A stretch of DNA of 64,000 nucleotides from positions 94,285 to 158,284 of the IMG/VR virus record IMGVR_UViG_3300045988_154609; one strand, written 5' to 3'. This DNA is from a virus. The notes beneath the pieces were generated by a model. It saw only the letters and a list, made by a program, of their open reading frames with translations, ran no database searches and was not told the DNA's origin. The translations under genes were made by a program, and so were the position numbers. Positions within the stretch are counted from its first letter, which is position 1, and each line of letters begins with the position of its first letter. Of the stretch, positions 19,570-30,158 are shown piece by piece.

Positions 19570-21948
19570 TTAAATTTTTGTCACAGAAGTAATTTCACCA
19601 TTTTTAATTAACTGATTACCTGTTGCAATTCTACTTGTAAGAGGAATGTCTTTTGCGGAAATACAAATTGAACTTAATTTGCCAACAACAAGAATATTAT
19701 CCTCGTCCGCAACTAAAGCACCAGAAATAACTGTTCCTGTTTCATCTGTTGGTTTATAAATAATCAAACCTTTTCCCGCACGTTTCTGAAGAACTAATTC
19801 ATCCATTTCAATCTTCTTTCCAAGACCTTTAGATGAAAAGATTGCAATGTAATCTGTCTTATCACGAACTGGTAATGCAGCAACTACAAAATCATCTTTC
19901 TTCAAAGTGATTCCTTTAACACCTGCTGTTGCTCTACCAGAAGCTGAAATCTCTCCAGAATTAATCTTAATTCCCATACCGTTAGAGGTTAAGAGGACTA
20001 AATCTTCATCTTTAACAAGATTTACAGATACTAATGTATCATCCTCTTTAAGATTAATAGCAATAATTCCAGTCTTTTTCTTTGTATTTGTATATTCCTC
20101 TAAGGAGGTTTTCTTTGTGATTCCGTTTTTTGTTACAAATAATAAATATTTTGCATCAGTATCTCTATAAATAGAATAAATTAAATTAGGTTCTTCATCA
20201 GTATCCATTGCAATTAAAGACTTAATTGACTGACCTTTAGATACATTTGTACCTACTGGAATATCATTTACAAGGATACGATACATTTTTCCTTTTGTTG
20301 TAAATACCATAAGAGAATCAATAGTATTTGTGCGGATGGTAGTTTTAACAACATCACCTTGTGTTTTAACGCCTTTTCCGTTTCTTCTCTGAGTTCTAAA
20401 GCTAGTAGAAGGAATACGTTTAATCAAACCATCTTCTGTCATTACAACAACACATTTTTCAGGTTCTACATATTCAATCTCTTTTTCTTCTTTTGTGACA
20501 TTTATCTGTGTGATTGTGGTTCTACGAGCATCTCCATATAAGGTTTTAATCTCTGTGAAGTTTTTTTTCATCTCTGGAACTGGATTTAAAAGAATCTGAT
20601 TTAATTCAGCTTCTTTTTTAAGTAAATTATCTTTTTCAGTCTGAATTTCAACTGATTCCAAACGAGCCAATTTACTCAATTTCATATCAAGAATTGCTTT
20701 TGCCTGTGCTTCACTAAGATTATACTTATTCATTAAAGCTTCTTTTGCGGCAGCCGCACTAGCAGATTTCTTAATTAAAGCAATAATATTATCAATATCT
20801 TCAAGTGCAATTAACAATCCTTCAAGAATATGAATTCTTGCTTGTACTTTTTCAATATCGAATTTAGTCTTTCTTAAAAGAACATCTTTCTGATGCTCAA
20901 TATAATTTTCTAAAAGCTGTTTAATATTCAGCAGTCTTGGTTTTTTATCAACCAGCGCAACCTGATTGAATGAATATGTATCTTCAAGACGTGTAGATTT
21001 GAATAATTTTGCGATAATCGGTGCCGCAGATATTCCTTTACCAAGTTCAATTACAAAACGTACACCATCTCTGTTGGATTCATCTCTAATAGCTGTTACG
21101 CCATTAAGTTCTCCTTCTTCACAGAGTTTATCAATCTCGACTGTTAATGTTTCTTTAGATACCTTATAAGGAATTGAAGTAAAAACAATACTATCTCCGC
21201 TTTTGGAAGATTCGATTGTATATTCACCTCTTAATCTTGCACGACCTTTTCCTGTAAGATAAGCTGTCTCAAGTTCATCTTTATTAATAAGTAATCCACC
21301 TGTTGGAAAATCTGGACCTTTAATATAGTTTAAGAGTTCCCTAATATCACATTCTGGATTTTCCAAAAGATAAATAGCTGCATCCATAACTTCTGATAAA
21401 TTGTGCGGTGCAAATGAACAAGCCATTGCCCATGCAATTCCAGAAGTACCATTTACAATAAGGTTTGGAATGCGGCCAGGTAAATAAATTGGCTCCTGCT
21501 CCTCATCTGTATAAGCATTCATCCAATCTACTGTATTCTTTTTAATATCAGCAAGCATTTCTTCTCCGAGTTTAGAAAGCTTACATTCTGTATATCTATA
21601 CGCAGCCGGTTCATCACCATCTCGGCTTCCGTTATTACCATGCCAAGAAATGAGTGGATATCTCATGTTCCATTCCTGTGACATCCATACTAATGCACCA
21701 TAGATAGAACTATCACCATGCGGATGAAATCTACCCATTGTATCTCCGACTGGCTGAGCACACTTTACAAATTTCTTATTGTTCATAAAACCTTTATCAA
21801 ACATATCATATAAGATACGTCTATTAACAGGTTTTAATCCATCCTCTGCTGAAGGTAAAGCTCGATCTGAAATGATACTCATTCCATAATCAAGTAAACT
21901 CTGTTCAATTTCATCTTTAATATTTACTTGAATAATATTCTCACTCAT
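19570..21948 (-). CDS. gyrA: type IIA topoisomerase subunit A (GyrA/ParC-like)
   Basis: Active-site region AAYRYTECKL (catalytic Tyr). GyrA-box-like C-terminal beta-pinwheel repeats. Length is 792 aa. Confidence 0.9.
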   Translation of the reverse strand: MSENIIQVNIKDEIEQSLLDYGMSIISDRALPSAEDGLKPVNRRILYDMFDKGFMNNKKFVKCAQPVGDTMGRFHPHGDSSIYGALVWMSQEWNMRYPLISWHGNNGSRDGDEPAAYRYTECKLSKLGEEMLADIKKNTVDWMNAYTDEEQEPIYLPGRIPNLIVNGTSGIAWAMACSFAPHNLSEVMDAAIYLLENPECDIRELLNYIKGPDFPTGGLLINKDELETAYLTGKGRARLRGEYTIESSKSGDSIVFTSIPYKVSKETLTVEIDKLCEEGELNGVTAIRDESNRDGVRFVIELGKGISAAPIIAKLFKSTRLEDTYSFNQVALVDKKPRLLNIKQLLENYIEHQKDVLLRKTKFDIEKVQARIHILEGLLIALEDIDNIIALIKKSASAAAAKEALMNKYNLSEAQAKAILDMKLSKLARLESVEIQTEKDNLLKKEAELNQILLNPVPEMKKNFTEIKTLYGDARRTTITQINVTKEEKEIEYVEPEKCVVVMTEDGLIKRIPSTSFRTQRRNGKGVKTQGDVVKTTIRTNTIDSLMVFTTKGKMYRILVNDIPVGTNVSKGQSIKSLIAMDTDEEPNLIYSIYRDTDAKYLLFVTKNGITKKTSLEEYTNTKKKTGIIAINLKEDDTLVSVNLVKDEDLVLLTSNGMGIKINSGEISASGRATAGVKGITLKKDDFVVAALPVRDKTDYIAIFSSKGLGKKIEMDELVLQKRAGKGLIIYKPTDETGTVISGALVADEDNILVVGKLSSICISAKDIPLTSRIATGNQLIKNGEITSVTKI

Positions 21949-22226
21949 TAAAACTCTCCCTTATCAAATAATTCTTTATAATATTGCATTTTTACATCCA
22001 TCAAACTTTCATCTATAACTCTTTCTATAAAATTATAAATTGAATCAGCACTAACAACAACATCTTCTGATGGAACATATAAATAACCAGAACCAGTATT
22101 TAAAAGAGGATTTTGTTTATGATATTCTTTCATATATTTATCATATTCTTCTTTTGTTATAGGTTCTTCAACTGATTTAACAAATTGTAGTAATTGTTTT
22201 TTTAATTGTTCTTTATTCTTATCCAT
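21948..22226 (-). CDS. hypothetical protein
   Basis: 92-aa ORF. Confidence 0.4.
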   Translation of the reverse strand: MDKNKEQLKKQLLQFVKSVEEPITKEEYDKYMKEYHKQNPLLNTGSGYLYVPSEDVVVSADSIYNFIERVIDESLMDVKMQYYKELFDKGEF

Positions 22227-22250
22227 ATATAATATATTACCATAAAAAAA

Positions 22251-22697
22251 TTAAATTGTCAAATAGTTACCAGGTTTGACCTTGCCAGTTGCCAGATTAT
22301 CTGCCAGCTCATTAAATGGATTTTTAGAGTGTCCTTTTACTTTTACAAAAGTGATTTCAATCATTTTGGATACTTCAAAAAAAGCCTGCACAATTTCTAA
22401 ATTTTCAGGTACTTTTCCATCTCCTTTAATCCATCCATTTTTTTCCCAATTATACATCCAGTTTGAAAAAGTATTAATTGCATATGCAGAATCAGAGTAA
22501 ATTAATACGTCTTCTTTAGCTAATACTCCTTGACAGGCTGCATAAAGAATAGCTTTCATTTCTTGTTCATTATTAGTCGTATTATCCTGTCTACTGGAAT
22601 ATGTACTTAAAATATTACCTTCTGTATCTATTTGAACAACTCCAAAACCACCTGGACCTGGATTTGGACTCGCAGAACCGTCTGTATAAAATATCAT
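22251..22697 (-). CDS. rnhA: ribonuclease HI
   Basis: MIFYTDGSASPNPGPGGFGVV ... ELADNLA, the classic RNase H fold motifs. Confidence 0.85.
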   Translation of the reverse strand: MIFYTDGSASPNPGPGGFGVVQIDTEGNILSTYSSRQDNTTNNEQEMKAILYAACQGVLAKEDVLIYSDSAYAINTFSNWMYNWEKNGWIKGDGKVPENLEIVQAFFEVSKMIEITFVKVKGHSKNPFNELADNLATGKVKPGNYLTI

Positions 22698-22699
22698 AT

Positions 22700-22939
22700 T
22701 TACTCTTTTACTTCAATGCCTGTATTACACAAATCTCCAATTACATCATTATATGGAAAACATTGCTGCCATAGGTTAAATTGCTGAGCAATAGTATCTA
22801 TATCTAAATCATATTTCTTTATATCGAAATGTAAAATCACTTTATCACCATCTTTTATAGGAGTTATTTTGGTAATTGCGGCCATGTCTGGTTTTTGAGA
22901 AAAATCTCCAGCTAATTCAATTATCTTTTTTTCTTCCAT
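22700..22939 (-). CDS. hypothetical protein
   Basis: 79-aa ORF. Confidence 0.35.
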   Translation of the reverse strand: MEEKKIIELAGDFSQKPDMAAITKITPIKDGDKVILHFDIKKYDLDIDTIAQQFNLWQQCFPYNDVIGDLCNTGIEVKE

Positions 22940-23280
22940 TCTGGTACCTCTTTTAAAACTGTGCGTTTTTCAACTTCAATAATATTATCATCAAAGTCAT
23001 AATCATCTTCTTGCATTTCTGTTAAACCTCTATCATAACAAACAGAAAAATAGCGTCCATTAATACAAACAACTCCTTCTACAATTTGATTCCATCTACG
23101 AGGTTTATCATATGACTCATCTGATAATCCATACTCCCATATAAGAAATTGAGTTATTGTACTATAATTATAAGCCTCATTAAAATTATTTTTAGGCTTG
23201 CCCGCGTCATACCATTTTAAAAATTGGGATTCAAAGTGTTCTGACTCTTCTGGTACAAATTCAAATATTTTTGTTTCCAT
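22921..23280 (-). CDS. hypothetical protein
   Basis: 119-aa ORF. Confidence 0.4.
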   Translation of the reverse strand: METKIFEFVPEESEHFESQFLKWYDAGKPKNNFNEAYNYSTITQFLIWEYGLSDESYDKPRRWNQIVEGVVCINGRYFSVCYDRGLTEMQEDDYDFDDNIIEVEKRTVLKEVPEWKKKR

Positions 23281-23376
23281 TTAATAACCTCTTTAGCTTT
23301 TAAATATTCTTTCCACACTTTTGGAGTTACGCGTATCCAGCCGTCTTCAACTCCAACGGCCAGATACATTGCATCA

Positions 23377-25317
23377 TTATACGTCAATATTTGCTCTCCA
23401 CGCATTCTCTTCGATAAATTTCTTTCTATAAACAACTGACTCACCCATCAATCCCATGAAAGTTTTAGCAGCTTCTTCTGCATCTTCCATACATATCTGT
23501 TTAAGAGTTCTGGTTTCTGGATTCATAACTGTTTCAGCCATTTCGGACGGGTCCATCTCGCCAAGACCCTTCATACGACCCAGCTCAAAAGACTTTTTAG
23601 CTGTCTTTCTGAACTCCTCAAGAGCCGCATCATCCTTCAGATAAGTAATCTTAGTTCCCTGCGTAACTTTATAAAGTGGAGGAACTGCCGCAAAAATATA
23701 TCCATCTTCAATTAACTGCGGAGCAAATTTCCAAATAAAGGTTAAGAACAATGCTCTAATGTGACTACCATCAACATCCGCATCGGCTGTAATAACAATT
23801 TTACCGTAACGCAATTTATCTTTATTTACAATTACTTTTCCATCCTTAATTTCAAGTCCAAAAGCAGTAATCATACCATCAATTTCTGCATTCTTTAATG
23901 CCTTCGCGAGGTCTGCCTTCAATACGTTAAGAATCTTACCTCGAACGGGGAACACAGCCTGGGTAGCTCTATCTCTGGCTTCTTTTGTTGAACCGGCCGC
24001 AGATTTTCCCTCTACAATAAATACTTCACAAGAAGCTCTATTTCGAGAACTTGCATCTGCTAATGTACCAGGCATTACTGCTCTTTTCTTTATATCCGCT
24101 TTACGAACTGTTTCTTTAGCTTTTTTAGCTTTTTCTCTTGCGGCACGTGCTAATAAAGCTTTATTGATAATTGCTTTTGCGTCATTAGGATGGCTGTCAA
24201 GCCAAATTGTGATTTCTTTTGATACCAGCTTCTGGACCATTGTACGTCCTTCACTTGAATCAAGTTTCTCTTTTGTCTGACCTGAAAAGACTGGGTCTGG
24301 CATCACAAAAGAAAGAACTAATACAAGACCTTCTTTTAACTCATCACCTACGATATTAGAGTCCTTCTCTTTAAGAAGTTTATTCTCTCTTGCATAATTA
24401 TTAATTGCAGAAGTTAATGCAGTTCTAAATCCAGTAAGATGAGTTCCAGCTGTATTTGGAATTGAGTTTGTATATAATTTATAAGTATCAGTATAACTAT
24501 CGTTATACAGCATTGCTAATTTTACACCAATTCTATCCTCGGAAGCTTCGGCATAAAAAACAGATGTAATAGCATTTTTCTTTTTATTCAAATCTTGAAT
24601 ATAATCCAGAATACCATTCTGAGAAACAATTACATCTTCAGCTTTGTCTTTATATTTTAATGTAAAAGTCAATCCAGGAGAAAGATATGCTAATTCCTGA
24701 ATCTGTCTTTTTAATTCTTCATAATCAAGTGAAATTCCCTCTTTAAAAATCTCAATATCAGGATGAAAAGTAATAGTTGTTCCAGTATCTTTTCCCGCAT
24801 ACTTTTCAACTTTAAAATCTTTTCTTTCACCTTTTTCAAATGTCATTGTTGCAATTTTACCATCTCTTTTGGAAGTGACAATAAATTTATCAGACAATGC
24901 ATTTGTTGCTTTTGCACCAACACCATTCATACCACCAGATGTATTATATCCAGTTTTACCAGAACTATCAAATTTAGCTCCTGTATGAAGTTTAGTAAAA
25001 ATATTTTCAAGAGTTTCTGAACCATCTGCTGCTTTTCCAAAAGGAACACCACGTCCATCATCTACTACTGTTACAACATCATTTTCTGTTACTTCAATAT
25101 TACACTTTGTACAATATCCATTTAAGTATTCATCAATTACATTGGAAATAATTTCAAGAGTAATATGTCTAACTCCAGCAGGTCCAACACTACCGATGAA
25201 CATACCAGGCCTAATACGAATTGCTTCTATGCCCTCTAATGTTCTAATATCTTTTACGCCGTAATCTTCTTTTCCTTTTTTTAATAAAATTTCTTCACTC
25301 AATCTAAATACCTCCAA
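23377..25317 (-). CDS. gyrB: type IIA topoisomerase subunit B (GyrB-like)
   Basis: GHKL ATPase N-terminus (IRPGMFIGS), TOPRIM EVFIVEGKSAAGS, and a PLYK... tail. Length is 646 aa. Confidence 0.9.
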   Translation of the reverse strand: MEVFRLSEEILLKKGKEDYGVKDIRTLEGIEAIRIRPGMFIGSVGPAGVRHITLEIISNVIDEYLNGYCTKCNIEVTENDVVTVVDDGRGVPFGKAADGSETLENIFTKLHTGAKFDSSGKTGYNTSGGMNGVGAKATNALSDKFIVTSKRDGKIATMTFEKGERKDFKVEKYAGKDTGTTITFHPDIEIFKEGISLDYEELKRQIQELAYLSPGLTFTLKYKDKAEDVIVSQNGILDYIQDLNKKKNAITSVFYAEASEDRIGVKLAMLYNDSYTDTYKLYTNSIPNTAGTHLTGFRTALTSAINNYARENKLLKEKDSNIVGDELKEGLVLVLSFVMPDPVFSGQTKEKLDSSEGRTMVQKLVSKEITIWLDSHPNDAKAIINKALLARAAREKAKKAKETVRKADIKKRAVMPGTLADASSRNRASCEVFIVEGKSAAGSTKEARDRATQAVFPVRGKILNVLKADLAKALKNAEIDGMITAFGLEIKDGKVIVNKDKLRYGKIVITADADVDGSHIRALFLTFIWKFAPQLIEDGYIFAAVPPLYKVTQGTKITYLKDDAALEEFRKTAKKSFELGRMKGLGEMDPSEMAETVMNPETRTLKQICMEDAEEAAKTFMGLMGESVVYRKKFIEENAWRANIDV

Positions 25318-26048
25318 ATATAATTTTTATGAGAATTTCTTTTTCCTCTACATACAGCAGATATTGTTGAAGAATTTCCACCACAGAATTGAGCAGCTAA
25401 TTGAAGACTATCAAATTCTTGAATTAAGTTATTATCCTTATCATATGCTCCAACTCTACGGCTAGTTTTTGTAATTCTATTACTTTGAACTTGATTCACC
25501 TTTGCTTTTGGTTCAATAATTTGATTTTCATCATCTAAAAATCTAAATGTTCTATTACCAGTTGTTAATCTCGTTCCATTACAAACATTACTAATTTTAA
25601 AACGGTCTAATCCAGTATCTTCACCAGCTTCAGCTAAAGAATTCCAAATATTAAGAATATTTTTTGTTGAGTCAATTTCACAAACTCGCTTTCCATATTT
25701 CTCTCTTTTGGTATCACTCATTTTCTTAGCAATAGCTGGGTCAAACATGGGGCTGTCAGTTTTATCCGTTTGATTATAACCATTTGGAACAACACAATTT
25801 TCTTTGAGAATCCAATTATGCTCTGCTTCAATCATTGCTTCCCAAGTTGGTAAAGTATCAATCACTTCAAAAGTGAAGTTTGCGATACCAAATTCTCTAA
25901 AAGCAACCATTAAAGGATAATTATAATGATGATCTTTTTCGTTAATAGATGCTTCTTTATGTTGTCTCCATCTACGTTCAACTTCAATCGATGAACCAAT
26001 ATAGACCATTCCATTTTTTTGATTAGTTATTTTATAAATTTGATACAT
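25299..26048 (-). CDS. GIY-YIG homing endonuclease (Seg/I-TevI-like, free-standing)
   Basis: N-terminal MYQIYKITNQKNGMVYIGSS...RRWRQH and a C-terminal DNA-binding region. The 3' end overlaps the gyrB start by 19 nt. Confidence 0.75.
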   Translation of the reverse strand: MYQIYKITNQKNGMVYIGSSIEVERRWRQHKEASINEKDHHYNYPLMVAFREFGIANFTFEVIDTLPTWEAMIEAEHNWILKENCVVPNGYNQTDKTDSPMFDPAIAKKMSDTKREKYGKRVCEIDSTKNILNIWNSLAEAGEDTGLDRFKISNVCNGTRLTTGNRTFRFLDDENQIIEPKAKVNQVQSNRITKTSRRVGAYDKDNNLIQEFDSLQLAAQFCGGNSSTISAVCRGKRNSHKNYIWRYLD

Positions 26049-26145
26049 AGAAATTCACCTTATCTTTCTATTATATCATAAAAATTAATAAAAATAAATT
26101 TTCCATTCCGGACCAATTCCGGGGCAAAATCAGTGAAACAAATAT

Positions 26146-26250
26146 TTATTTATCTAGTAGACATGTTGCTACAAATATTCCAGCACGTAATCGAATCGCT
26201 TCAATACCTTCCAAAGTTTTTATGTCTTTTACACCATAGTTCTCAGACAT
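26146..26250 (-). pseudogene. duplicated gyrB 5' fragment (34 codons) upstream of the GIY-YIG gene
   Basis: Minus-strand translation MSENYGVKDIKTLEGIEAIRLRAGIFVATCLLDK* closely matches the real GyrB N-terminus (EDYGVKDIRTLEGIEAIRIRPGMFIG), and the two share about 75% DNA identity. Confidence 0.55.
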
Positions 26251-26405
26251 ATAAATCTCCTTTCAACTTTAAAATCATCATTTTTTTCTTATCATACATA
26301 TATTATAGCATAAAAAAATAATAAAATCAATTCTTAAAATTTTAGTTACGGTCAAAAAAAAATACCCTAAAAGAGAAAATCTTCTCTTTTAGGGTTAAAA
26401 ATCAA

Positions 26406-26807
26406 TTATCCTTTAGCTTTATCTTCATCAATTTGACGCATTGCTGCTTCATATGTAATACCACCTGCGGTATTCTCTTTTGCGGACTTCAATGCATAGA
26501 CCGCATATCCTACGACCTCACTCACGACCGCACCTATTAATGCTACTAATGGAGTAAAGTCTGGATTCGCCATAGTAAGAGTTGTTAAATCAAGGCTTTT
26601 TAAAGTTACAAAGCCTGTGAAAAGTTCTATAATTGTGCAATTTATAAACAAGAAAATAATAAGGAGTTTTGAAGTAGATATTTTAGGAAGGAATTGTTTT
26701 TTAAATTCTCTTTTTTCTTGTTTTAATTTATACTTTCTTTCAAGAACTTCTTTTTCTCTTTGCCAGCGATGTTCTTTAATAGTTATATCACGTTCTTCTT
26801 TAGTCAT
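26406..26807 (-). CDS. putative holin (2 TM helices)
   Basis: Two predicted TM segments and a charged N-terminus. Lies immediately downstream of the lysin gene. Confidence 0.4.
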   Translation of the reverse strand: MTKEERDITIKEHRWQREKEVLERKYKLKQEKREFKKQFLPKISTSKLLIIFLFINCTIIELFTGFVTLKSLDLTTLTMANPDFTPLVALIGAVVSEVVGYAVYALKSAKENTAGGITYEAAMRQIDEDKAKG

Positions 26808-26809
26808 AA

Positions 26810-28537
26810 TTATTTACGTAAATATGTGCTTGAAGCGAATCCTGTATAAGTTACGTTCTTATATGTGAATTGGACATACAGCCATTTACAACCATTACTA
26901 ACTGAGTAATATCCATAATTAGCTACTTTTGTTCCTTTTGGAATTGTAACCATAAGAGCCTTAGATGTACCTGCTCCATGGCGGATATTTAAATCAGCTG
27001 TTGTACGATATATACCTGCAAGAGATTTATTAAAGTCAGTTGCGCCCTCATTTGCAGTCATACTTTTACTACTGGATGGTTTTGGTTTAGTGGTTGTAGG
27101 AGCTTTCTTTTTAGCTACATATGAATAATAAGTTTTAGTAGAATTAGAAGTATAAGCATAACCGCATGAAGCACCTGGCCATACAATTTTATACCAACCA
27201 TTAGATAAAATCTCTAATACTTCTACTTTAGTTCCTTTAGAAATAGTTCCATAAGAAGAGCTATTTGTATTGGAATTACTTCTAATATTCATCTCAGTTT
27301 TTGCAGTTGCAGTACCAATTCCTTTTCCAACATAAGTAGTATTAGTTTTTTCTGGAGCTGGGCTTTGTTGTAGTGAGTTAGAATTAGCTGCTAAACGCCC
27401 TCTTGTAACATTTGTTGCTGTATGATGGGCATCATTAAGTAAAATATCTCCAGGAAGTAAATAATCATATCCAGAAAGATATTTATCTGCTGTTAAAACA
27501 GTGAATCCAGCAGCTTTAAAACCGGCTCTCATATCACCAGTGTAACTTGCACTAATATTTTGTAAAGCTGGAATGCCAAGTAAATATCCTACTGCTCTAA
27601 TATTAGCAATTACACCTGCAGAACAGTCTGCTTCACATGCGATAGTAATTTGAGCAGGGTCATAGTTAGATGCTTTTAAATGAGCCCAATAAGTATCTCT
27701 TTCATATTGGTCATAACCAACTAAATTATTAAGAGCTGCGGCACAGCTTAATTCAGCCATTTTTTGACCAACTCTTGGGTCTTTTTCATATCTTAATACG
27801 CAGTTCCATGGTCTATTATACCAAGAACGTAAGTACCATTCTCTACCAGTCTGGTCACCAGCTCTTCCACTATGATATCCACCATTTTCATCTGAACCTG
27901 AATTAGAAATATAATGAGTACCAGTAGAATTAATATATTGATTATAATTTGCCACTATTGAGTTCCCTCCTTTATTAGATGCATATGCATCATAATACCT
28001 CTGACCATATTTAGCTCTTGTTGCTTTAACAGTTTCACCTGTATTAGCAGGACATTCAAAACGAGTTAAGACTATATCAGAAGCTTGTCTTACGCTTGTT
28101 GCATTTTTTAAAGTTGATAAAACTGTAGAATAATTATTTTTTAATTCAGTCATAAGCCATTGCAATTGAATTAATTCATTACCAATAGAAGCTTGTTTCA
28201 TTTTTGCTAAATCATATAATCCTGCTTTACGACCTGGACTAGTCCATTGGCAAAGCCCATATCCATATTGCTTATTAGGTAGTGGATGCAGAAAAGTTTC
28301 TCTTGAAATTTTTCCATTATCAACTGCCGCAGTATAAGTAGAATCATTCCATACTTGACCATGTTCTTTTAATCTGTTTAAGCATAAAACTTCTACTCTA
28401 TTTGGAATCATACCAGACTCAGCATAGATGTTACCCATTAATCCGGCAACACCATATGGATTATTAATTTCTTTAATTAGATAATCCCAAATATTTTTTT
28501 CAATTGAAGCCATATTTATATAAACCTCCTTTTCCAA
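26810..28537 (-). CDS. multidomain cell-wall hydrolase (endolysin or tail lysin): N-terminal phage tail lysozyme-like domain, central Cys/His peptidase-like domain, C-terminal SH3b-like repeats
   Basis: N-terminal GLMGNIYAESG (phage-lysozyme2-like), a central ...CSAGVIANIR...HHTATN region, and C-terminal YKIVW/YV repeats. Confidence 0.6.
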   Translation of the reverse strand: MEKEVYINMASIEKNIWDYLIKEINNPYGVAGLMGNIYAESGMIPNRVEVLCLNRLKEHGQVWNDSTYTAAVDNGKISRETFLHPLPNKQYGYGLCQWTSPGRKAGLYDLAKMKQASIGNELIQLQWLMTELKNNYSTVLSTLKNATSVRQASDIVLTRFECPANTGETVKATRAKYGQRYYDAYASNKGGNSIVANYNQYINSTGTHYISNSGSDENGGYHSGRAGDQTGREWYLRSWYNRPWNCVLRYEKDPRVGQKMAELSCAAALNNLVGYDQYERDTYWAHLKASNYDPAQITIACEADCSAGVIANIRAVGYLLGIPALQNISASYTGDMRAGFKAAGFTVLTADKYLSGYDYLLPGDILLNDAHHTATNVTRGRLAANSNSLQQSPAPEKTNTTYVGKGIGTATAKTEMNIRSNSNTNSSSYGTISKGTKVEVLEILSNGWYKIVWPGASCGYAYTSNSTKTYYSYVAKKKAPTTTKPKPSSSKSMTANEGATDFNKSLAGIYRTTADLNIRHGAGTSKALMVTIPKGTKVANYGYYSVSNGCKWLYVQFTYKNVTYTGFASSTYLRK

Positions 28538-28617
28538 AATGTCTTCTTCAAAGGTTTTAACATGTTTCCATTATAAATAAAAAAACCAGAAGAGATATTA
28601 ATCTCTTCTGGTTTATA

Positions 28618-29865
28618 TTACATTTTTTCTGCAATTTTAGCAATTTTAGAACGATGAATCATTTTTAATTCAATTTCACCATATATATCTTCGCCTCGAT
28701 AGACCTTTGATACTCGTCTCATACCATTATTATTTCCGGCAAATGCAATATCATCAACTTGCGCTTTTTCATCTCCATCTATAATACATATGCTATCTTC
28801 ACCAATTCTTTGTAAAGCAAGTTTCATAAGTGTAATATCAAGGTTTTGAGCTTCTGAAATATATATCCCAGCATTCATTCCAGTAGTATCATAACCTCTA
28901 ATATCAGAGAATGGAAGTAAAACAATTTGTTCTTCATCCATTAATCTTTCTAACTCAATTCGACTTCCTATTTTACTTGCAAGAACATTTCCAATTTGTG
29001 AATCTAAAAGTTTTTCATCTTTAGTGCCTGGTAAATATCCTAATTTAGCAGAATTTTTTGTAGCAACTGTATTACAGAAAATAATAATTTTATTAATCTT
29101 ACCACGTTCTAATTGACTCATTAAGTATCCAAGAGATAGGTATGTTTTACCTGAGCCCGCAGGTCCTTTTACCAGAGTTATTTTATTATTTGTAAAACTA
29201 TCTGCGACAAGTGTCTGATAAATATCCCCTTTAAGTGGCTTAACTTCACCGAACCATTTAGAATTAAAGCTTCTAAATTGAGTATGGCGATATTCAGAAC
29301 CTGTCCATACGGCAGAATCAACTGGTTTCCCATCTTGGTTTTTTACAATGATATATTCATTTACTTTTAAACCATAAATATTTTCAGTAGGATTAGAATA
29401 AAAATCAGACATCATTTCATCATCCATTGTAATCTCTTTATATCCACTGTAATCATCTTTTGGAGGATACATAGACATAATACATTGTACTGGTAAAAAT
29501 GCGGTGGCAGTAACTTTTAAAGTTAAATCATTTGTTACAAAGAAAAAATTTTCTCTTTCACTTATTTTTAAATTATTGAAATAAGAATATGCAGTCGCTA
29601 AAATTTTAATATCATTATTTACTTCAAATCCTTTTTCAGTAAAAGGACAAATAAAAAATGTTTTATATAATACAACTTCATATTTCGCTGGATTCGCATT
29701 TAAAAAAGATAGGATTTTTCTTGCAATATATTTAACTTCAGAATCTTTAGAAGTTGATGTTTTAATCTTCTCAAGTTCCGCTAATGTAATAGAAGATATA
29801 ATGAACTTCTCTTCTGGCATAGTTTCAAAGTTATCTAATAATGCACATGTGTCATAAAATTTCAT
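28618..29865 (-). CDS. phoH: PIN-domain PhoH-like ATPase (YlaK-like)
   Basis: N-terminal PIN (MKFYDTCALLDN...), then a PhoH core with Walker A GPAGSGKTYLS and ...GDEKAQVD. Confidence 0.8.
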   Translation of the reverse strand: MKFYDTCALLDNFETMPEEKFIISSITLAELEKIKTSTSKDSEVKYIARKILSFLNANPAKYEVVLYKTFFICPFTEKGFEVNNDIKILATAYSYFNNLKISERENFFFVTNDLTLKVTATAFLPVQCIMSMYPPKDDYSGYKEITMDDEMMSDFYSNPTENIYGLKVNEYIIVKNQDGKPVDSAVWTGSEYRHTQFRSFNSKWFGEVKPLKGDIYQTLVADSFTNNKITLVKGPAGSGKTYLSLGYLMSQLERGKINKIIIFCNTVATKNSAKLGYLPGTKDEKLLDSQIGNVLASKIGSRIELERLMDEEQIVLLPFSDIRGYDTTGMNAGIYISEAQNLDITLMKLALQRIGEDSICIIDGDEKAQVDDIAFAGNNNGMRRVSKVYRGEDIYGEIELKMIHRSKIAKIAEKM

Positions 29866-30110
29866 TCGTCTTCCTCTTCTTCCTCTGGTTCATTATTTTG
29901 TACTACAAACCCAATGGCGTGTGTATTTTCTGGCTCAAGTTCTTCTGCCATCTTTTGGATTTGTATATTATATTTAGAAATTGTCATGTTTAGTTTACCT
30001 TTGGCAACCTCTAAAGCAGTGACAATTACTATTGTTAGAGCCTCTATTACAGGAATTATTAATTCAATAAAAATTATTCCTAAAATAAAAAATATTAAGT
30101 TTTGAATCAT
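29862..30110 (-). CDS. small membrane protein with acidic tail
   Basis: TM-rich N-terminus and a C-terminal EEEEEDE. Confidence 0.35.
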   Translation of the reverse strand: MIQNLIFFILGIIFIELIIPVIEALTIVIVTALEVAKGKLNMTISKYNIQIQKMAEELEPENTHAIGFVVQNNEPEEEEEDE

Positions 30111-30158
30111 TCATTCCTCCTTTTTAACTCCTTATATATATATTTGAAAATAGAGAGA

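Noticed and set aside
25317-26260. gyrB as a split gene spliced across the GIY-YIG ORF (group I intron or intein)
   Set aside because: The downstream gyrB ORF already encodes a complete GHKL N-terminus that includes the duplicated segment. No group I core elements are seen around the endonuclease gene.
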